The notes under the pieces are model-generated. The model was not told the origin of the DNA. It saw only the letters and a list, made by a program, of their open reading frames with translations, and searched no databases. The position numbers and the translations under genes are program-made. From NCBI GenBank assembly GCA_032718475.1, contig JAUCBJ010002996.1:1-64000 (forward strand): 64,000 nucleotides of DNA, written 5' to 3'. Positions within the stretch are counted from its first letter, which is position 1; every line of letters starts with the position of its first letter. The DNA is from Nemertoderma westbladi (taxonomy: Eukaryota > Animalia > Xenacoelomorpha). Of this stretch, positions 51,675-64,000 are shown in pieces.

Positions 51675-53717
51675 CCTTTTAGCAGCTGCAGAAACAGTTC
51701 CTGTATACCCTCGAAACAGGAAAAGGGCCCCCTGGACTGACAACAAAATCCAGAAGTGCCGAAATGACCTTCATAAGGCGCAGAAAGAGACCCGACTCAA
51801 ACAGACTACAGCGGCCAAGAATGCAGTTAAGGCTGCATCTAGGTCCCTGAACAGGCAGTACTCTGCTAATCTACATGAGCTAATAAACCAACAGGTTGAT
51901 GCCATCAATGATGCTGACGACAGCAGGCAATCATCCCAGGCATGGAAATCGATCAATCTGCTTACTGGGCGGAAAAGCCAACCAACCACCAAGGTTAAGG
52001 CTGAATCACCAGCCGATCGCCTCAATGGTTGGAAAGCCCACTTTGAAAAGCTCCTCAATAAGGACAGGGTATTGCCTGATAACTTTATAGAAGTAAAAGT
52101 GTCTGAGTCTGTACTCCCAGATATTCCCATTGGCGATATCTCCTTTGCAGAAGTGAAGGCTGCTGCAAAGAGCATTAAGACCAATCGTGCCAGTGGAGTA
52201 GATGGTGTTCCCCCTGAGGTCTTTAAAATACCTGAGTGTTTAAAGCTCATCTATCCCATCATAGTAGACATGTACCGAACAACAAGAGTCCCACAAGAAA
52301 TGAAAACAAATAAGTTGGTGCCAGTTCCCAAGAAGGGCAACCTAACACTCTATGGTTCTTTTCGGGGAATCTCATTGATCTCGATTGCTGCAAAGCTATA
52401 CAATAGGATTCTATTAAATCGCATCAGGGATCCCATTGAGAGACTGCTCCGTGGAAATCAGAATGGGTTCCGTAAAGGTCGTGGGACCATGGAGCCCATT
52501 TTGGCACTTAGAAGGATAATTGAAGAGTTATCAAAAAAGAAAGACAGGCATCTGGCTGTTATCTTTGTTGACTTCTTCAAGGCCTTTGATTCAGTCTCTC
52601 GCTCACGTATGTTCAGCATACTTTTATTATATGGGATTCCTGATGAAATTATTGCAGCAATCAGATCAGTATACGATGGTTCGACAACATTTGTGTCTAC
52701 TGTTGACGGTGACACAGAACCATTTGAAGTGTTATGCGGCGTCCTCCAAGGAGACACACTTGCACCATTCTTGTTCATTATTGTGGTTGACTATGTTCTA
52801 CGCATGTCCTTAGATCATTATAATGATGATGGGGTGATGATAACTCCACCTACTGGCTCCAGAAGTCGAGGAAATCCTGCCAAGTACCTAACTGATCTAG
52901 ACTTTGCTGATGACTTAGGAGTACTCTCAGAATCATTAGAGGGAGCCCAACGGCTCCTCAGCTCATTAGAACATGCTGCTTCTAGTGTTGGTCTTTTTAT
53001 TAACTCCAGAAGGACCAAAATTCTGACAGTTAACTTTGAAAGTCCTCAGCAAGTCTCTGATCGGATGAGCATAAGCTCAAAGGATGGTATGCTTGAGCAT
53101 GTGGACAACTTCTGTTACCTGGGATCATGGATCCGGAAGTCAGGTGAGGACCTTCGAATACGTAAGGGAAAGGCATGGGCAGCCTTGAATAGGCTTCCAG
53201 GATTTGGAAGTCACCGAGAATTAATCGGAAACTTATTTAGAGCAGCAGTAGTTCCAGTACTCCTCTACGGGAGTCCATGCTGGGCTCTAACTGCTGAGGA
53301 CACCAAATCTCTGGATGGCACATTCACAAGAATGCTACGCCGGGTTCATTGTGTCAAGTACAATGCACACATCTCCAACCAGACACTATATAACATTGGA
53401 GGTGTCTCATTGGTTCCCCCAAGCTTGACACTAGAACAAAATCGCCTCCGCTTTGCAGGACATTGCTTTCGCCGGAGGACCAGCCAGTGCATAATCTTGT
53501 ACTTTGGCAGCCTCATGGAGTGAATAAGCATGGTGGACAGCCCATGACTTTCTTGAGACGCATCTTAAAGGACACTGGCCTTAAAGATGCGGATGATCTA
53601 GCAAATGTCATGGGTGATAGGGAGTTGTGGCGGTGCAATTTTGTTGACAAGCCGGCACAGCATTCTTAAAAATGCAGCAGCAATGCAGCATGCCGATCCT
53701 AGTAGTAGTAGTAGTAG
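51675..53717 (+). mobile_element. 5'-truncated RTE-clade LINE with near-intact RT
   Basis: RT motifs PVPKKG, RGISLISIAAKLYNRILLNRI, QNGFRKGR, FVDFFKAFDSV, GVLQGDTLAPFLF, DLDFADDL; (TAG)n tail; TSD TTTAAACAGAAC at 51663-51674 and 53718-53729. Confidence 0.95.
51676..53669 (+). pseudogene. RTE reverse transcriptase ORF (truncated, frameshifted near 53470)
   Basis: Frame is open upstream of 52072 to the insertion edge; the C-terminus EDQPVHNLVLWQP...DRELWR lies in a different frame (53463-53669). Confidence 0.85.
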
Positions 53718-53729
53718 TTTAAACAGAAC

Positions 53730-55460
53730 GGAACCATTTTCTAATAGATAAAATATGATCCTGCTGGCTGCATATCAAGCCTTTTCAATCTAGGAAGTTG
53801 GCCTAACAGCTCATTGAAATTACAATCCAGCAGTTTGGTACACTATTTGACAGTATGTGAACACGATGCCTATCTTAACTCAGGCACAATAATTAACAAG
53901 AATTGGTTATAAGCGCTGAAAGAACCAATGCCACATGTAATTTAGCACTTGTGCAAAAAAATGCGACGCGCAATCGCACCTGCGCAACTGTTGTCTCACG
54001 CATTAAAAAATCTGGCACAATTGTCATGAAACAATTCGCATAATTCACAGGCACTTCCATGTTCTTAACAGGCACAATTAGTATGCCAGGCCTGTGTGCC
54101 GCATAAATTATATCGGTAGCAAAAATCAATAAATGGAATAACCCAGTCATCATAAGCACTAACACAAGAAATATTAATTATACCAACCAACTCTCACAAA
54201 CTTATTGCAAACAAACTTATTAAACCTGTTAATGTAAGCATGCAAGGAATTTGGTTGTAGTGTTGCTGATGAGACCCAGTAAGGTCGAAACGCGTACGTG
54301 GTTTGGAGAGATATGAGATATTAATTTCAAGAAAAATTACGCGATTCCTAAATTTGTACACTACCCGGTTAAATAGTACGCATGTGATGGGATTAGTTTG
54401 AGAATGAGTTTGAGAATTTCAACTCTTAAATTTTTTTAATTAAACCAATTATTCGTATTTTCGAAAAAGCGTCAAGTCTCCCTCAATGGGGGGAGACTTG
54501 ACACCTAGGGTGGGAGACTTAAACCCCCATTCCCATTTTTGTAAATTCGTACAAAAATCCATTAGAGGTGAAATAATTACATGTTCAACATGTCTATTTT
54601 ATAGTAGAGCAGATAAAAAATAAAAAATGCGATTATTAATTTGTCAAATTATTATCCAAAATTTTATACCAATTTAAGAGGTCGTTCTAATGGTTCTCCT
54701 AACCGAGGACGAAATAATTAATAGTTCATTGAAACCGCAATAAAATTTAACGCGGTAAGACACTTTTTCATAATAAATAAAACCACAGTCTTATAGAGGT
54801 GTCGTCGCGACAGAGGAATAATTGCGGCTAATCTCTCAAAAAAATAGCCGTAAACGCGACATAAGCCGTGGGCTTACGGATAACTGAGTTACATAGATCC
54901 TTTTAAACGGAACCATTTAAAGGGGGCTAACTCAAAATAATGTTACAAATTCTGAGTTAGCTCCTTTACGTTCAAACGGAACCATTTTCTAATACACTGA
55001 AGCTGATTCTGCTGGCTGGAAGCTTTTTCAATCTAGGAAGTAGGCCTAAGTTCATTGAAATTACAATCCAGCCATTTAGTACACTATGCTACAACAGTAC
55101 ACTACAGTATGTGAACCGGGCTTAACTTAACTCAGGCACAATAATTAACAAGAATTGATTATAAGCGCTGAAAGAAACCAATGCCACATATAATTTATCA
55201 CTTGTGCAACACGAATGCGACGCGCACCTGCGCAACTGTTGCCTCACGCATTAAAAAATCTGGCACAATTCTCATGAAACAATTCGCATAATTCATAGGC
55301 ACTTCCATGTTCTTAACAGGCACAATTAGTATGCCAGGCCTGTGTGCCGCATAAATTATATCGGTTCCCCAAATCAATAAATGGAATAACCCAGACATCA
55401 TAAGCACTAACACAAGAAATATTAATTATACCCACCAACTCTCACAAACTTATTGCAAAT
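53730..55460. repeat. Local ~480-bp duplication (53730-54211 and 54978-55460)
   Basis: Near-identical segments; the LINE is inserted into the left copy (51645-51670 matches 54879-54909). Confidence 0.85.
54261..54300 (+). ncRNA. Minimal hammerhead ribozyme-like motif
   Basis: CTGATGA-GACC-CAGTAA-GGTC-GAAA-CGCGTA: both core boxes, 4-bp stem II and palindromic ACGCGT stem III; stem I weak. Confidence 0.55.
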
Positions 55461-55697
55461 ACAATGATCAACCTTCAAACACAGTTATTATTAACACTGT
55501 GATTAACAGTTGAGATTGTGGGGAGAGAAAATCACACTCGTGAACGATATTCATACTACTGCACTGTAGAGATCCAACAAAATGTTATTTGCGAATGTGT
55601 AATTAGCGATAACAAGTTATATGTATTACTTATTTATTATATAAAGTAATATGCAAAAGGCTCAGCTCACCCCACCCCTACTTTTGTTTATATTGTA

Positions 55698-55861
55698 AGG
55701 AGCCTGCGCGAACGCAAGCTCCAGCTAACACAAATTTAGCACCCGAGTTTCCTCGATTTGAGAAAATCGCAGGGGTCAACCCAAGCGGAGTGCAATGCAA
55801 GGGCCTCATCCTGGGGGAACCGCATTCTTGATCGTGGTTAACCCCTGTGCCAGGTAAGTAT
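55698..55861 (-). ncRNA. U1: U1 snRNA, canonical
   Basis: Matches 30549-30712 except one substitution seen; related upstream and downstream flank motifs. Confidence 0.97.
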
Positions 55862-56308
55862 GCAAGTTGATGTTAACTACCTCTTATATACAGGTTTACT
55901 ATATTACATTGTCGTAAGGTGGTAACAAAATTATTTAATATGACTAAAGAATAAGTATTAGATTATATTTAAACTGGACTATTGTCAAGATAGGAGTAAT
56001 TATATTTATCATTATCAAATATTTGTGTTAAAAATTAGTATATGTGCAGCGCTATTAAAATGCCTATAGTTGCTTTAGTACATATTCGGATATATATTAA
56101 TATTATGTTGGCCGGAAATTTAGTTGGATTTAAGGGCTCTTGCAAGGACCTGTAGACTGGTAGACGCAGTAGGGTGAACCCTACTGCGTGGCGATAACTA
56201 TGTTCCCTGAAGTTAAGCGCGCAGCAAGTTTCATGTAACACCACCTTGGCATCAGTGTTATAAATTAATTTACATAAACCTTGATACTGACAAAGTGGCT
56301 ATGGCAAC

Positions 56309-56618
56309 GCAATAATTTTTATTGTCCGTTTAAATCACTCATGATGTCCTTTTTTTTACTTTTTATGTCCTCCAGAAATTTACCATTAGTTAAGTGATCG
56401 TTTATTGTTTTGGTTAGGAAAACCCGCCTCTGTAACTGCTCCTTTCTCTCAATTGGTAATGTTATCGTTTATTGTTTTGGTTAGAAAAGACCATCTATGT
56501 AACCTGCTCCTTTCCTTCATTTGGTAAAGTGATTGTTTATTGTTTTGGTTAGAAAATCCCGCCTCTGTAACCTGCTCCTTTCCCTGATTTGGTAACAACA
56601 TCGATTATTGTTTTGGTT
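56309..56618. mobile_element. Truncated copy of the 59357-62645 element (left TIR plus 67/68-bp repeats)
   Basis: GCAATAATTTTTATTGTCCGTTTAAATC then about 3.5 units of TGTTTTGGTTAGAAAATCCCGCCTCTGTAACCTGCTCCTTTC. Confidence 0.8.
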
Positions 56619-56757
56619 AAAGGACACTGGCCTTGAAGATGCGGATGATCTAGCAAATGTCATGGGTGATAGGGAGTTGTGGCGGCGCAATTTTGTCGAT
56701 AAGCCGGCATAGCATTCTTAAAAATGCAGCTGCAATGCAGCATGCCGATCCTAGTAG
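56617..56757 (+). mobile_element. 3' end fragment of the same RTE family as 51675-53717
   Basis: AAGGACACTGGCCTT...GCATGCCGATCCTAGTAG matches 53569-53705. Confidence 0.9.
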
Positions 56758-57110
56758 ATGGTATTTTCAAAAAACGAAATATGCCTTTAAATTCTTTGAA
56801 TCCAAAATAATAATCTTCCATAAATTGTAACTCGTCATATCTACTATAAGAGCTGTTGCTATGGGGATTTCCTCCGTTGCTATGTTTAAGATCCTCTAAA
56901 AAACCAGCGGAACCGTTTGGTGAAAATTTTTTATAATTTCTCATATCTTTACTAAATATATATGTGGGGTAGCTCAATCATATATAAAATACGGGGTCAT
57001 AGACTGGAGCCTGTATTAAATGAAAGAACGAGTTAAGTAAACAGTTATATATAGTTAACGAGTTAAAACTCAATTTATCGATAGGTGTAGCTGATTCAGT
57101 TAGATTTAAT

Positions 57111-59156
57111 TTAAAGTAAACTGTTACTACGAGTTTCGTACAGAAATAACCCTTTTCTTTCTCCCTTTTTATACACAGTAGCGATCCCACCGAACCCGTT
57201 TACTGGCACGGCACCCAATCGGGATACTTTAGTTCCGTTTGGAACGTATTCATAAACCCCCAGATAACGATTCCCTTCTTTTTCTAGAGGAACTAATAAA
57301 TGCCCTGATCGATTCTGCAGTAGTTCCACCGCCCCAATAGGGATGGATTTACCGCAATCAAGAACGGATCTCCTTCTATTCAATACGAGAGTAACGTTGG
57401 GTCCGGTGCCGGTAACCTTATAGCCACATAGGGATAACTTATGTTTGTTAGGTTGGAATAATCCGACGGTTAAATCGACCATTAAACTATAGCTACCGAT
57501 GGTAGTGGAAAGGAGTTTCGCAGGTACTTCGATACGGGATATCCATTCCTTAGAACAATCGCGCCGGTCCAGTTTAATCACGCAGTTGTTTGACGTTAGC
57601 AGATAATCACCATGGATACCGACCATTGGGCCTATTGGTTGACCGCGGTATCTCTCTTTACCAAGACACAAATGTTTGACATCACCTCCGTCTGGGTTTA
57701 TTACAAATACACATTCTTCCGTTGCGGCGATCCAGGTTTCCTTGTAGTAATTATCTAGAAACTTAATCTGTTTCTTTTCGGCGTTGCAGTCGGTTTCTAG
57801 AATAATAGGTTCACCACGTAGAGATAAAGAATCGTCAGCGTTGAATTCGTAAATATAAATCCTGTTAGTTAGGGAATCGGTTATCCCCAGGTTCCCATAG
57901 CAACCACCAATGGGACCGACTTTACCGATTCCCATTCTACGACAGTCGATCCGACATGTTTCCTTTAGCGGCGGATCTCTTAATAAAATATCTTCGTATT
58001 GGCGGAGGTTAAAACGTTTCTCAACCTCCAGTTCTTCTAATGGAACCGCCATCTTCTCTCCTCCATCGCCGCTATCTATAATATCAATGCGGCCGGTAAT
58101 CCCTTCCAGGTCCTTCTGTAACTCAACCGGAACGAAACGAATTTCCGGTACCTCTACAACTTTGATCTCAGAAATCCGCTGCTCGATTTCTTTGTATTTC
58201 TTTAGAATCTTCTTGGCTTCCGCTATTTCTTTGATCAACTCGGAATTCTTTATCTTCTTATAATATTCGTTTTCTTTAGGAATTTCGATATTAGCGAGAA
58301 TTTCCTGCGCTGCTGATATATTTCCCGCCGTTTCGGTATTTAAATCCCGCACCTGCTTCATCATTGTATCTTCGGCTGCTTTTAATTCGTTGTATAAATA
58401 TTGGAAGTGTTTGCGGATGTCGTCGGTGGAAACTTTAGTGACGTCATCTAAATCCCCCAGAATTCCCTCCAACACTGATAGTTTAGTCTCCAATCGTGTT
58501 CTCAACTTTCCCGGACCTTCTATTAAGTTTCGTCTGATTGAATTACAGACTTCGTTCGTATACCAGACCTCGTGATCTTTAGAATCACCGTCAACGGAAT
58601 GACATTGGCGACAAACAGTACATTCGCATTTCTCGCAATAATGGCGCTTGTTTAGACCGTGGATTAGGCACAGTTCGGGATCCGGTTCTTTAGATCCACC
58701 AACAGCTCCTTGTTTATCGAGATCTACGTCAGTAGACCAGCATCCCGTCGGTTCTCCAGCTGCTCCCGAATTAGGTGGATTGGCGACACAGACACAGACG
58801 TGGTAAAGTTTGCACTTTCTGCACAATTCGGTCTCGCAACGTTCGCAGGGATTCGTTCCTTTGTTTTTTCCGCACTCGTCGCATGTTTTTTCTTTTCGAA
58901 TCATATCAATCATAGAGGTGACGACATGACTTACTGTCGGCAAAGAATCCAGTTTCTCTACCTCGGTGGGATTCCGACAACGAGGACATTCCAACGAAAA
59001 TCCATCACCGTGTTGTTTAGAAACTTTTACGATACATTTGTAACAGAAACAGTGGGAGCAGTTGATTAAAACTCGGGGCTGATGTAAAAGTCGTAGACAT
59101 ACGGAACATTCGAACTCTCGCTCTACTTGCTCCCGGTCCATTGACGCATTGTGCAT
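57111..59156 (-). CDS. TRIM (RING, two B-box-like, coiled coil) E3 ligase with divergent beta-rich C-terminal domain
   Basis: RING CSVC...CSHCFCYKC...CPRC; B-box-like CDEC...CERC...CRKC and CLIH...YCEKC...CRQC...H; coiled coil; beta-strand-rich C-terminus (NHL-like by inference); single coding exon. Confidence 0.9.
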   Translation of the reverse strand: MHNASMDREQVEREFECSVCLRLLHQPRVLINCSHCFCYKCIVKVSKQHGDGFSLECPRCRNPTEVEKLDSLPTVSHVVTSMIDMIRKEKTCDECGKNKGTNPCERCETELCRKCKLYHVCVCVANPPNSGAAGEPTGCWSTDVDLDKQGAVGGSKEPDPELCLIHGLNKRHYCEKCECTVCRQCHSVDGDSKDHEVWYTNEVCNSIRRNLIEGPGKLRTRLETKLSVLEGILGDLDDVTKVSTDDIRKHFQYLYNELKAAEDTMMKQVRDLNTETAGNISAAQEILANIEIPKENEYYKKIKNSELIKEIAEAKKILKKYKEIEQRISEIKVVEVPEIRFVPVELQKDLEGITGRIDIIDSGDGGEKMAVPLEELEVEKRFNLRQYEDILLRDPPLKETCRIDCRRMGIGKVGPIGGCYGNLGITDSLTNRIYIYEFNADDSLSLRGEPIILETDCNAEKKQIKFLDNYYKETWIAATEECVFVINPDGGDVKHLCLGKERYRGQPIGPMVGIHGDYLLTSNNCVIKLDRRDCSKEWISRIEVPAKLLSTTIGSYSLMVDLTVGLFQPNKHKLSLCGYKVTGTGPNVTLVLNRRRSVLDCGKSIPIGAVELLQNRSGHLLVPLEKEGNRYLGVYEYVPNGTKVSRLGAVPVNGFGGIATVYKKGERKGLFLYETRSNSLL

Positions 59157-59495
59157 TGTATGATTGTAGTCCAGTAGTCTGGCCTGGCTGTTTCTGTGTT
59201 TGGTACCAGTAGTTATGTAGTAAGTTGTGGTTTAGTTCAGTACTCAGGTAGGCTACTGCAGTACTGCAGTAGCCTACTCTAATACTGTAATATGCTAATG
59301 CAGTAATCCTCTAGTCCTGTGCGTTCAGCTGTAGTCATTCATAAGCTTAAAAAAACGCAATAATTTTTATTGTCCGTTTAAATCCTTTTTTTGTCTTTTA
59401 TTTTTTATTTTTTATGTCCTCCAAAAATCTAATGTTAGGTTCCATGCTACCGGTTTCTCTACTGCTGTTCTCTCAGGCTATCAGTACCGGTATTA

Positions 59496-61316
59496 CCCAG
59501 TAAAAAATCCCCATGCGTAACGCATTCGTGCCACATGCAGCATTCGTAAAAGGTGCGTGCAATGTTATTTAAGATTCGTGAAGCCTTCGTCAATGGTTCG
59601 TCAGTCAGAATAAATTAACGAATGCGTATAGTATTCGTATCGCATGTGAGATTTCACTTGTAAATATATTCGTGGCTCATCATTCGTGGCACATGCGATA
59701 CGAATGCTTCCACTACACACAAAAAATAATTCGTGGTTCATTCGTTCGTGGCACATGCGATACGAATGCTTAGCCACGCCACGCTTAAAATTATTCGTGG
59801 TCCATTCGTGACGCATGCGATGCGCGTGCGAAGCATTCTCCATTAGAGTAGGCCTACCGTACATACTGTAATACTGGCCAATCACAATTCGGCAAATAAT
59901 CGAACATAGTGTTATTAGTTAGTAGCTCTCCCCCTTTGTTACCAGTCAGCCAGTCCCATGTACTTTTACTATATATTTAATAGGTTGCCCAGTAATTCTT
60001 AACTCCCGTTTATTATTTTGGTTCCCCATTATGATGGTATGTAAACCTGTTCCCTTTACCAACATGCTTGATATACTGTAATAATGTAAAGGTAATGTAC
60101 TGTAGGCTAGGTGAGATAAATAATGACAACATAAGACTAATGTATTAACTTAAGGAACTACAGTATGTAGGCAGCATACTTATAGTATGTAGGCACCCCC
60201 CCCCCCCCCGTAGTTTTAGCCCCTGTACAGTAGTACTAATTTCCCAAAGTTATTACAGTAGTTTCATGTTGTCATTATTTATCTCACCTGGCCTACAGTA
60301 CAGTACCAATACATATTATAAAGCATGTGGCATTTTTATTAAATTGTATGTGTGTATGGTGATATTTTCACACCGTTTCATAGGCTTCCAGGTTGAATTT
60401 GTTTAATTCGCTATAAAACGCCATTTAATTAGTCTACTGATATACTGTAGCAGTTATTACCGGTAACTGCTACAGTAGGCCCTACACTTATTAATGGTAA
60501 AGAAATCTTACAGACAAAATACATCAAAGGCATACATTTTATGAGATACATCAACATAATTTCAATGTTTTTTTTTTACTATATTCTAGAATATTAATTC
60601 GCTTTTTTTCGATAATAAGTAATAAAATATATATAAAATAATAATAAAAATATATATAATAATAAAATGATATAAAATAATAATAAAATAATATAATATA
60701 ATAATAAAATAATAAACCATCAATAATAATTAATAAGATTAATTAAATTAATTAAAAGCTTGAAATTAATATTCTAGATAATAAAATCATCAGAACTATA
60801 ACGATTTACGTCTGAAATTGCGTGCTCTTGAATTATATCTGAACATTTTTTTGGGGAAATTGAAAATGGCTTTCATATTCGATTCGGAATATCAAGTATA
60901 TTTAAAAAAAATAAAATAAATGGACACGTTTTAACAGTAATCGTTGTAAACTGTTAAAACTATGTAAACTGTAGGGAAATAATAAAAAAAATAAAAATCC
61001 TGCGGTAAACATTCGTATAACATTCGTAAAACATTCGTAACGCATTCGTATAGCGTGGGAAACATTCGTATATAACATGCGGGACGCATTCGTATAGTGT
61101 GCGGGAAACATTCGTATAAGATTAGGGACGCATTCGTAGAATGTGCGGGATTCGAATAAGGTTCGTATTACATTCGATATGCGAATAAAGGATGCGTATT
61201 TGGTTCGGTTTTCGCATTCGTATCGCATGGTTCATCTATGTAACATTTCAGAATGCGTTACGAATGCGTTAAATATGCGCCATCCCATGCGTTACGAATG
61301 CGAATTTTTTACTGGG
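59496..61316. mobile_element. Nested TIR element with CATTCG subterminal repeats, TA TSD
   Basis: TA|CCCAGTAAAAAAT...ATTTTTTACTGGG|TA; many (G/A)CATTCGT / CGAATGC motifs near both ends. Confidence 0.8.
60097..60301. mobile_element. Hairpin MITE nested in 59496-61316
   Basis: GTACTGTAGGCTAGGTGAGATAAATAATGACAACAT / ATGTTGTCATTATTTATCTCACCTGGCCTACAGTAC. Confidence 0.7.
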
Positions 61317-61487
61317 TAGTATATATACAGTCAGACAGTAGCACTATTTTGCTGTATTGTATGTACAGATGTAGGTATAAAGCAGGTATTTCTGCATTTT
61401 AGTACCGGTACCGGCACCGGTACTGCTGTAGGCCTACTGTGTAGCCTACCATTTAAATACGGTACTGGTAGGCCTAACGGCTGACCG

Positions 61488-62255
61488 GTTGTTTTGGTTA
61501 GAAAATCCCGCCTCTGTAACCTGCTCCTTTCCCCCGCCTCTGTAACCTGCCCCTTTCCCTCAATTAGTTAAATGATCGTTTATTGTTTTGGTTAGAAAAT
61601 ACCGCCTCTGTAACCTGCTCCTTTCCCTCAATTAGTTAAGTGATCGTTTATTGTTTTGGTTAGGGAATCCCGCCTCTGTAACCTGCTCCTTTCTCTCAAT
61701 TGTTAATGTTATCATTTATTGTTTTGGTTAGAAAATCCCGTCTCTGTAACCTGCTCCTTTCCCTGATTTGGTAAAGTGACTGTTTATTGTTTTGGTTAGA
61801 AAATCCCGCCTCTGTAACCTGCTCCTTTCCCTCAATTAGTTAAGTGATCGTTTATTGTTTTGGTTAGGAAATCCCGCCTCTGTAACCTGCTCCTTTCTCT
61901 CAATTGGTAATGTTATCGTTTATTGTTTTGGTTAGAAAATCCCGTCTCTGTAACCTGCTCCTTTCCCTGATTTGGTAAAGTCACTGTTTATTGTTTTGGT
62001 TAGAAAATCCCGCCTCTGTAACCTGCTCCTTTCTCTCAATTGGTAATGTTATCGTTTATTGTTTTGGTTAGAAAATCGCGTCTCTGTAACCTTCTCCTTT
62101 CCCTCAATTAGTTAAATGATCGTTTATTGTTTTGGTTAGAAAGTCCCGCCTCTGTAACCTGCTCCTTTCCCCGATTTGGTAAAGTGACTGTTTATTGTTT
62201 TGGTTAGAAAATCCGGCCTTAACCTGCTCCTTTCCATCAATTGGTAATTGTTTTT
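61488..62255. repeat. 67/68-bp minisatellite with three recurring unit variants
   Basis: TGTTTTGGTTAGAAAATCCCGCCTCTGTAACCTGCTCCTTTC core, about 11 units. Confidence 0.95.
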
Positions 62256-63672
62256 GGCTATAAAATGAGTGTTTTGCTACGTCATGTGGTAATCGATTAT
62301 CTACAACAACCACAAACTATTAAATGTAGAGTCTTTTACCACAGGCGCATATGGAATTCTATCTCATAGTCTATAAATCATGGAATGTTTTGGCACAGGC
62401 ATAGTGAAACCAACTGTCCGACAGACCAGAAATCAACAAATTTTGAATGTTTTGGCATAGGCATGTTGAAATCAACTGTCTGACAGTCCAGAAATCAGCA
62501 GTCTGACAGTTTGAAGAAATACATACATAAAAAGTCATTAAAAGGACAACAAAAGTCATTAAAAGGACAACAAAAGTCATTATGCACAATTCGTAAAAAA
62601 AGGAGGACAAAAAAAGTCAAATAAAAGGACATAAAAAATCACTGCCTTAAAAAAACATCAGAGGCCGGTTTTTGCTTAACGGCGTCTTGACACCGTCTCT
62701 AGTAATAAGAATTGTTGGCTGATTGATTGATTGATTGACTGGCTGGCTGGCTGGCTAATTAAATCTATAGCCAAAACTACTCTAACGACTTTGATGAAAT
62801 TTTCACAGCGGCTAGATACCGCGATTCTAAGGTCCTGGTATGTTCCGCTATTTCGTCCATGAGCCGTGGGCTCGAAAAATAGACATAAACGAAAAAACGC
62901 CATTGGCGCAATGGTAAAATAACACCAATAACAGCTGGTGTCGTGATGAAAAATGGCTTACGTAATGGATTTCTACACAAGGCTTAGTATAAATCGATGA
63001 GGTTGCCAAGATTATTGTACTTCGTACACCCATACTGTTTGTTTAGGCCCTACCATCCACTCACCACTCTCTGGCAAAGCAAACATTAACTGGTTGGTTT
63101 AGTTTGAAATCTAGTATCGCCTCAGCTGAATAACTCTTCCCAATGCATTCTAGGGGAGTATCCAAGTTTCTCCCTCTGCTAATGTAAGCTGAATGACTGT
63201 TAAGTACACAGTGAGTTGGCTACATTAATGCCAACATTATTGCAAAATGTTTTATTGGTGGATTACTCTCTGTCAGTCTCCCCTTCAGAACATTATATGG
63301 GGAATTTACTTTAGTTTACTCTACTGTGCCATTCAGCTGAATGGATTTGAGCGATTGCCAAGTTACAGAGTTGTATCATTCTCTGACCATAGGCAAAGAC
63401 ATCAAATCTTTATAAAAAGATACTTTTTCTGTTTTTTTTTCTGACCAAAAATTAAAAAAAAAAATTTTCGTAGCCAGTACTGCCAATCGATTCGCCATCA
63501 AAAATAAAGCAAAAAATTTTTTTTGCAAAATTTTAAATTACTGTAAATTTTTGGCGACTGGGGGGGGGGGGGGGGTCAATTTTTTTCGATCCAATATAAC
63601 TTCGGAACGCATTGTCCAAATTCGATGGGGTTTTTATTTTTCAACTTAATTCGAAGTCCTCTTTTAGCCTAT

Positions 63673-64000
63673 CCATGTTTCGAAACCCCAAACAGCGCCG
63701 TTCAAAAATTAATTTTTTCTAGTTCTAGAATTTTACAAATTTCAAAAAAGTTGCAGTATTTTATTAACGCCTTTACGAAGTGTTTAGTATCAGTATCTTT
63801 AGTATGAAGTCTTGGCATTATTGGTGACGCGAAACTAGGCTAGTGGGATTCAGGATATTGCGTTTAATATAAAAATCGAAAACGCTATCGAATTCCGTAA
63901 AGGCGTTAAAAAAATACTACAACTTTTTTGAAATTTGTAAAATTCAAGAACTAGAAAAAATTAATTTTTGAACGGCGCTGTTTGGGGTTTCGAAACATGG
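63673..64000. repeat. Long inverted repeat (foldback), probably extends past window edge
   Basis: CCATGTTTCGAAACCCCAAACAGCGCCGTTCAAAAATTAATTTTTTCTAG ~105-bp arm and its reverse complement ending at 64000. Confidence 0.85.

Larger units (their letters stand above)
59357..62645. mobile_element. Non-autonomous TIR element (Mutator-like by TSD length) carrying nested MITEs and a minisatellite
   Basis: Termini GCAATAATTTTT.../...AAAAATCACTGC; flanking direct repeat CTTAAAAAAAC at 59346-59356 and 62646-62656. Confidence 0.7.

Noticed and set aside
53893-55413. Pair of similar ORFs (53893-54165, 55198-55413)
   Set aside because: GTG starts, no domain; products of the local duplication.
62676-63010. 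Helitron-like non-autonomous element (hairpin, CTAG, microsatellite)
   Set aside because: Termini and orientation could not be fixed from a single copy.

Overview
AT-rich eukaryotic (invertebrate animal-like) genomic DNA, not prokaryotic; most short ORFs in the supplied track are spurious. The left third holds two minus-strand BEL/Pao-type LTR retroelements: a partial copy at 1-5252 and a complete, very young, internally deleted copy at 8915-20407 (1247-bp near-identical LTRs, CTATT TSD). The rest has RTE-clade LINE fragments with TSDs, three minisatellites, many MITE/foldback elements, tRNA-derived SINE heads, and four CDSs with no coding introns (638-aa orphan, 131-aa membrane protein, AP-2 mu subunit AP2M1, 681-aa TRIM protein). 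There are four U1 snRNA genes: two canonical and two copies of a structurally conserved variant whose splice-site-pairing 5' end reads AUACUAACCUG rather than AUACUUACCUG, predicting GUUAGU donors. This variant-U1 pair, and an 11-nt LTR-complementary non-tRNA primer-binding site suggesting Tf1-style self-priming in a BEL/Pao element, are the strongest candidates for new biology. All comparisons were made by eye; no searches were run.
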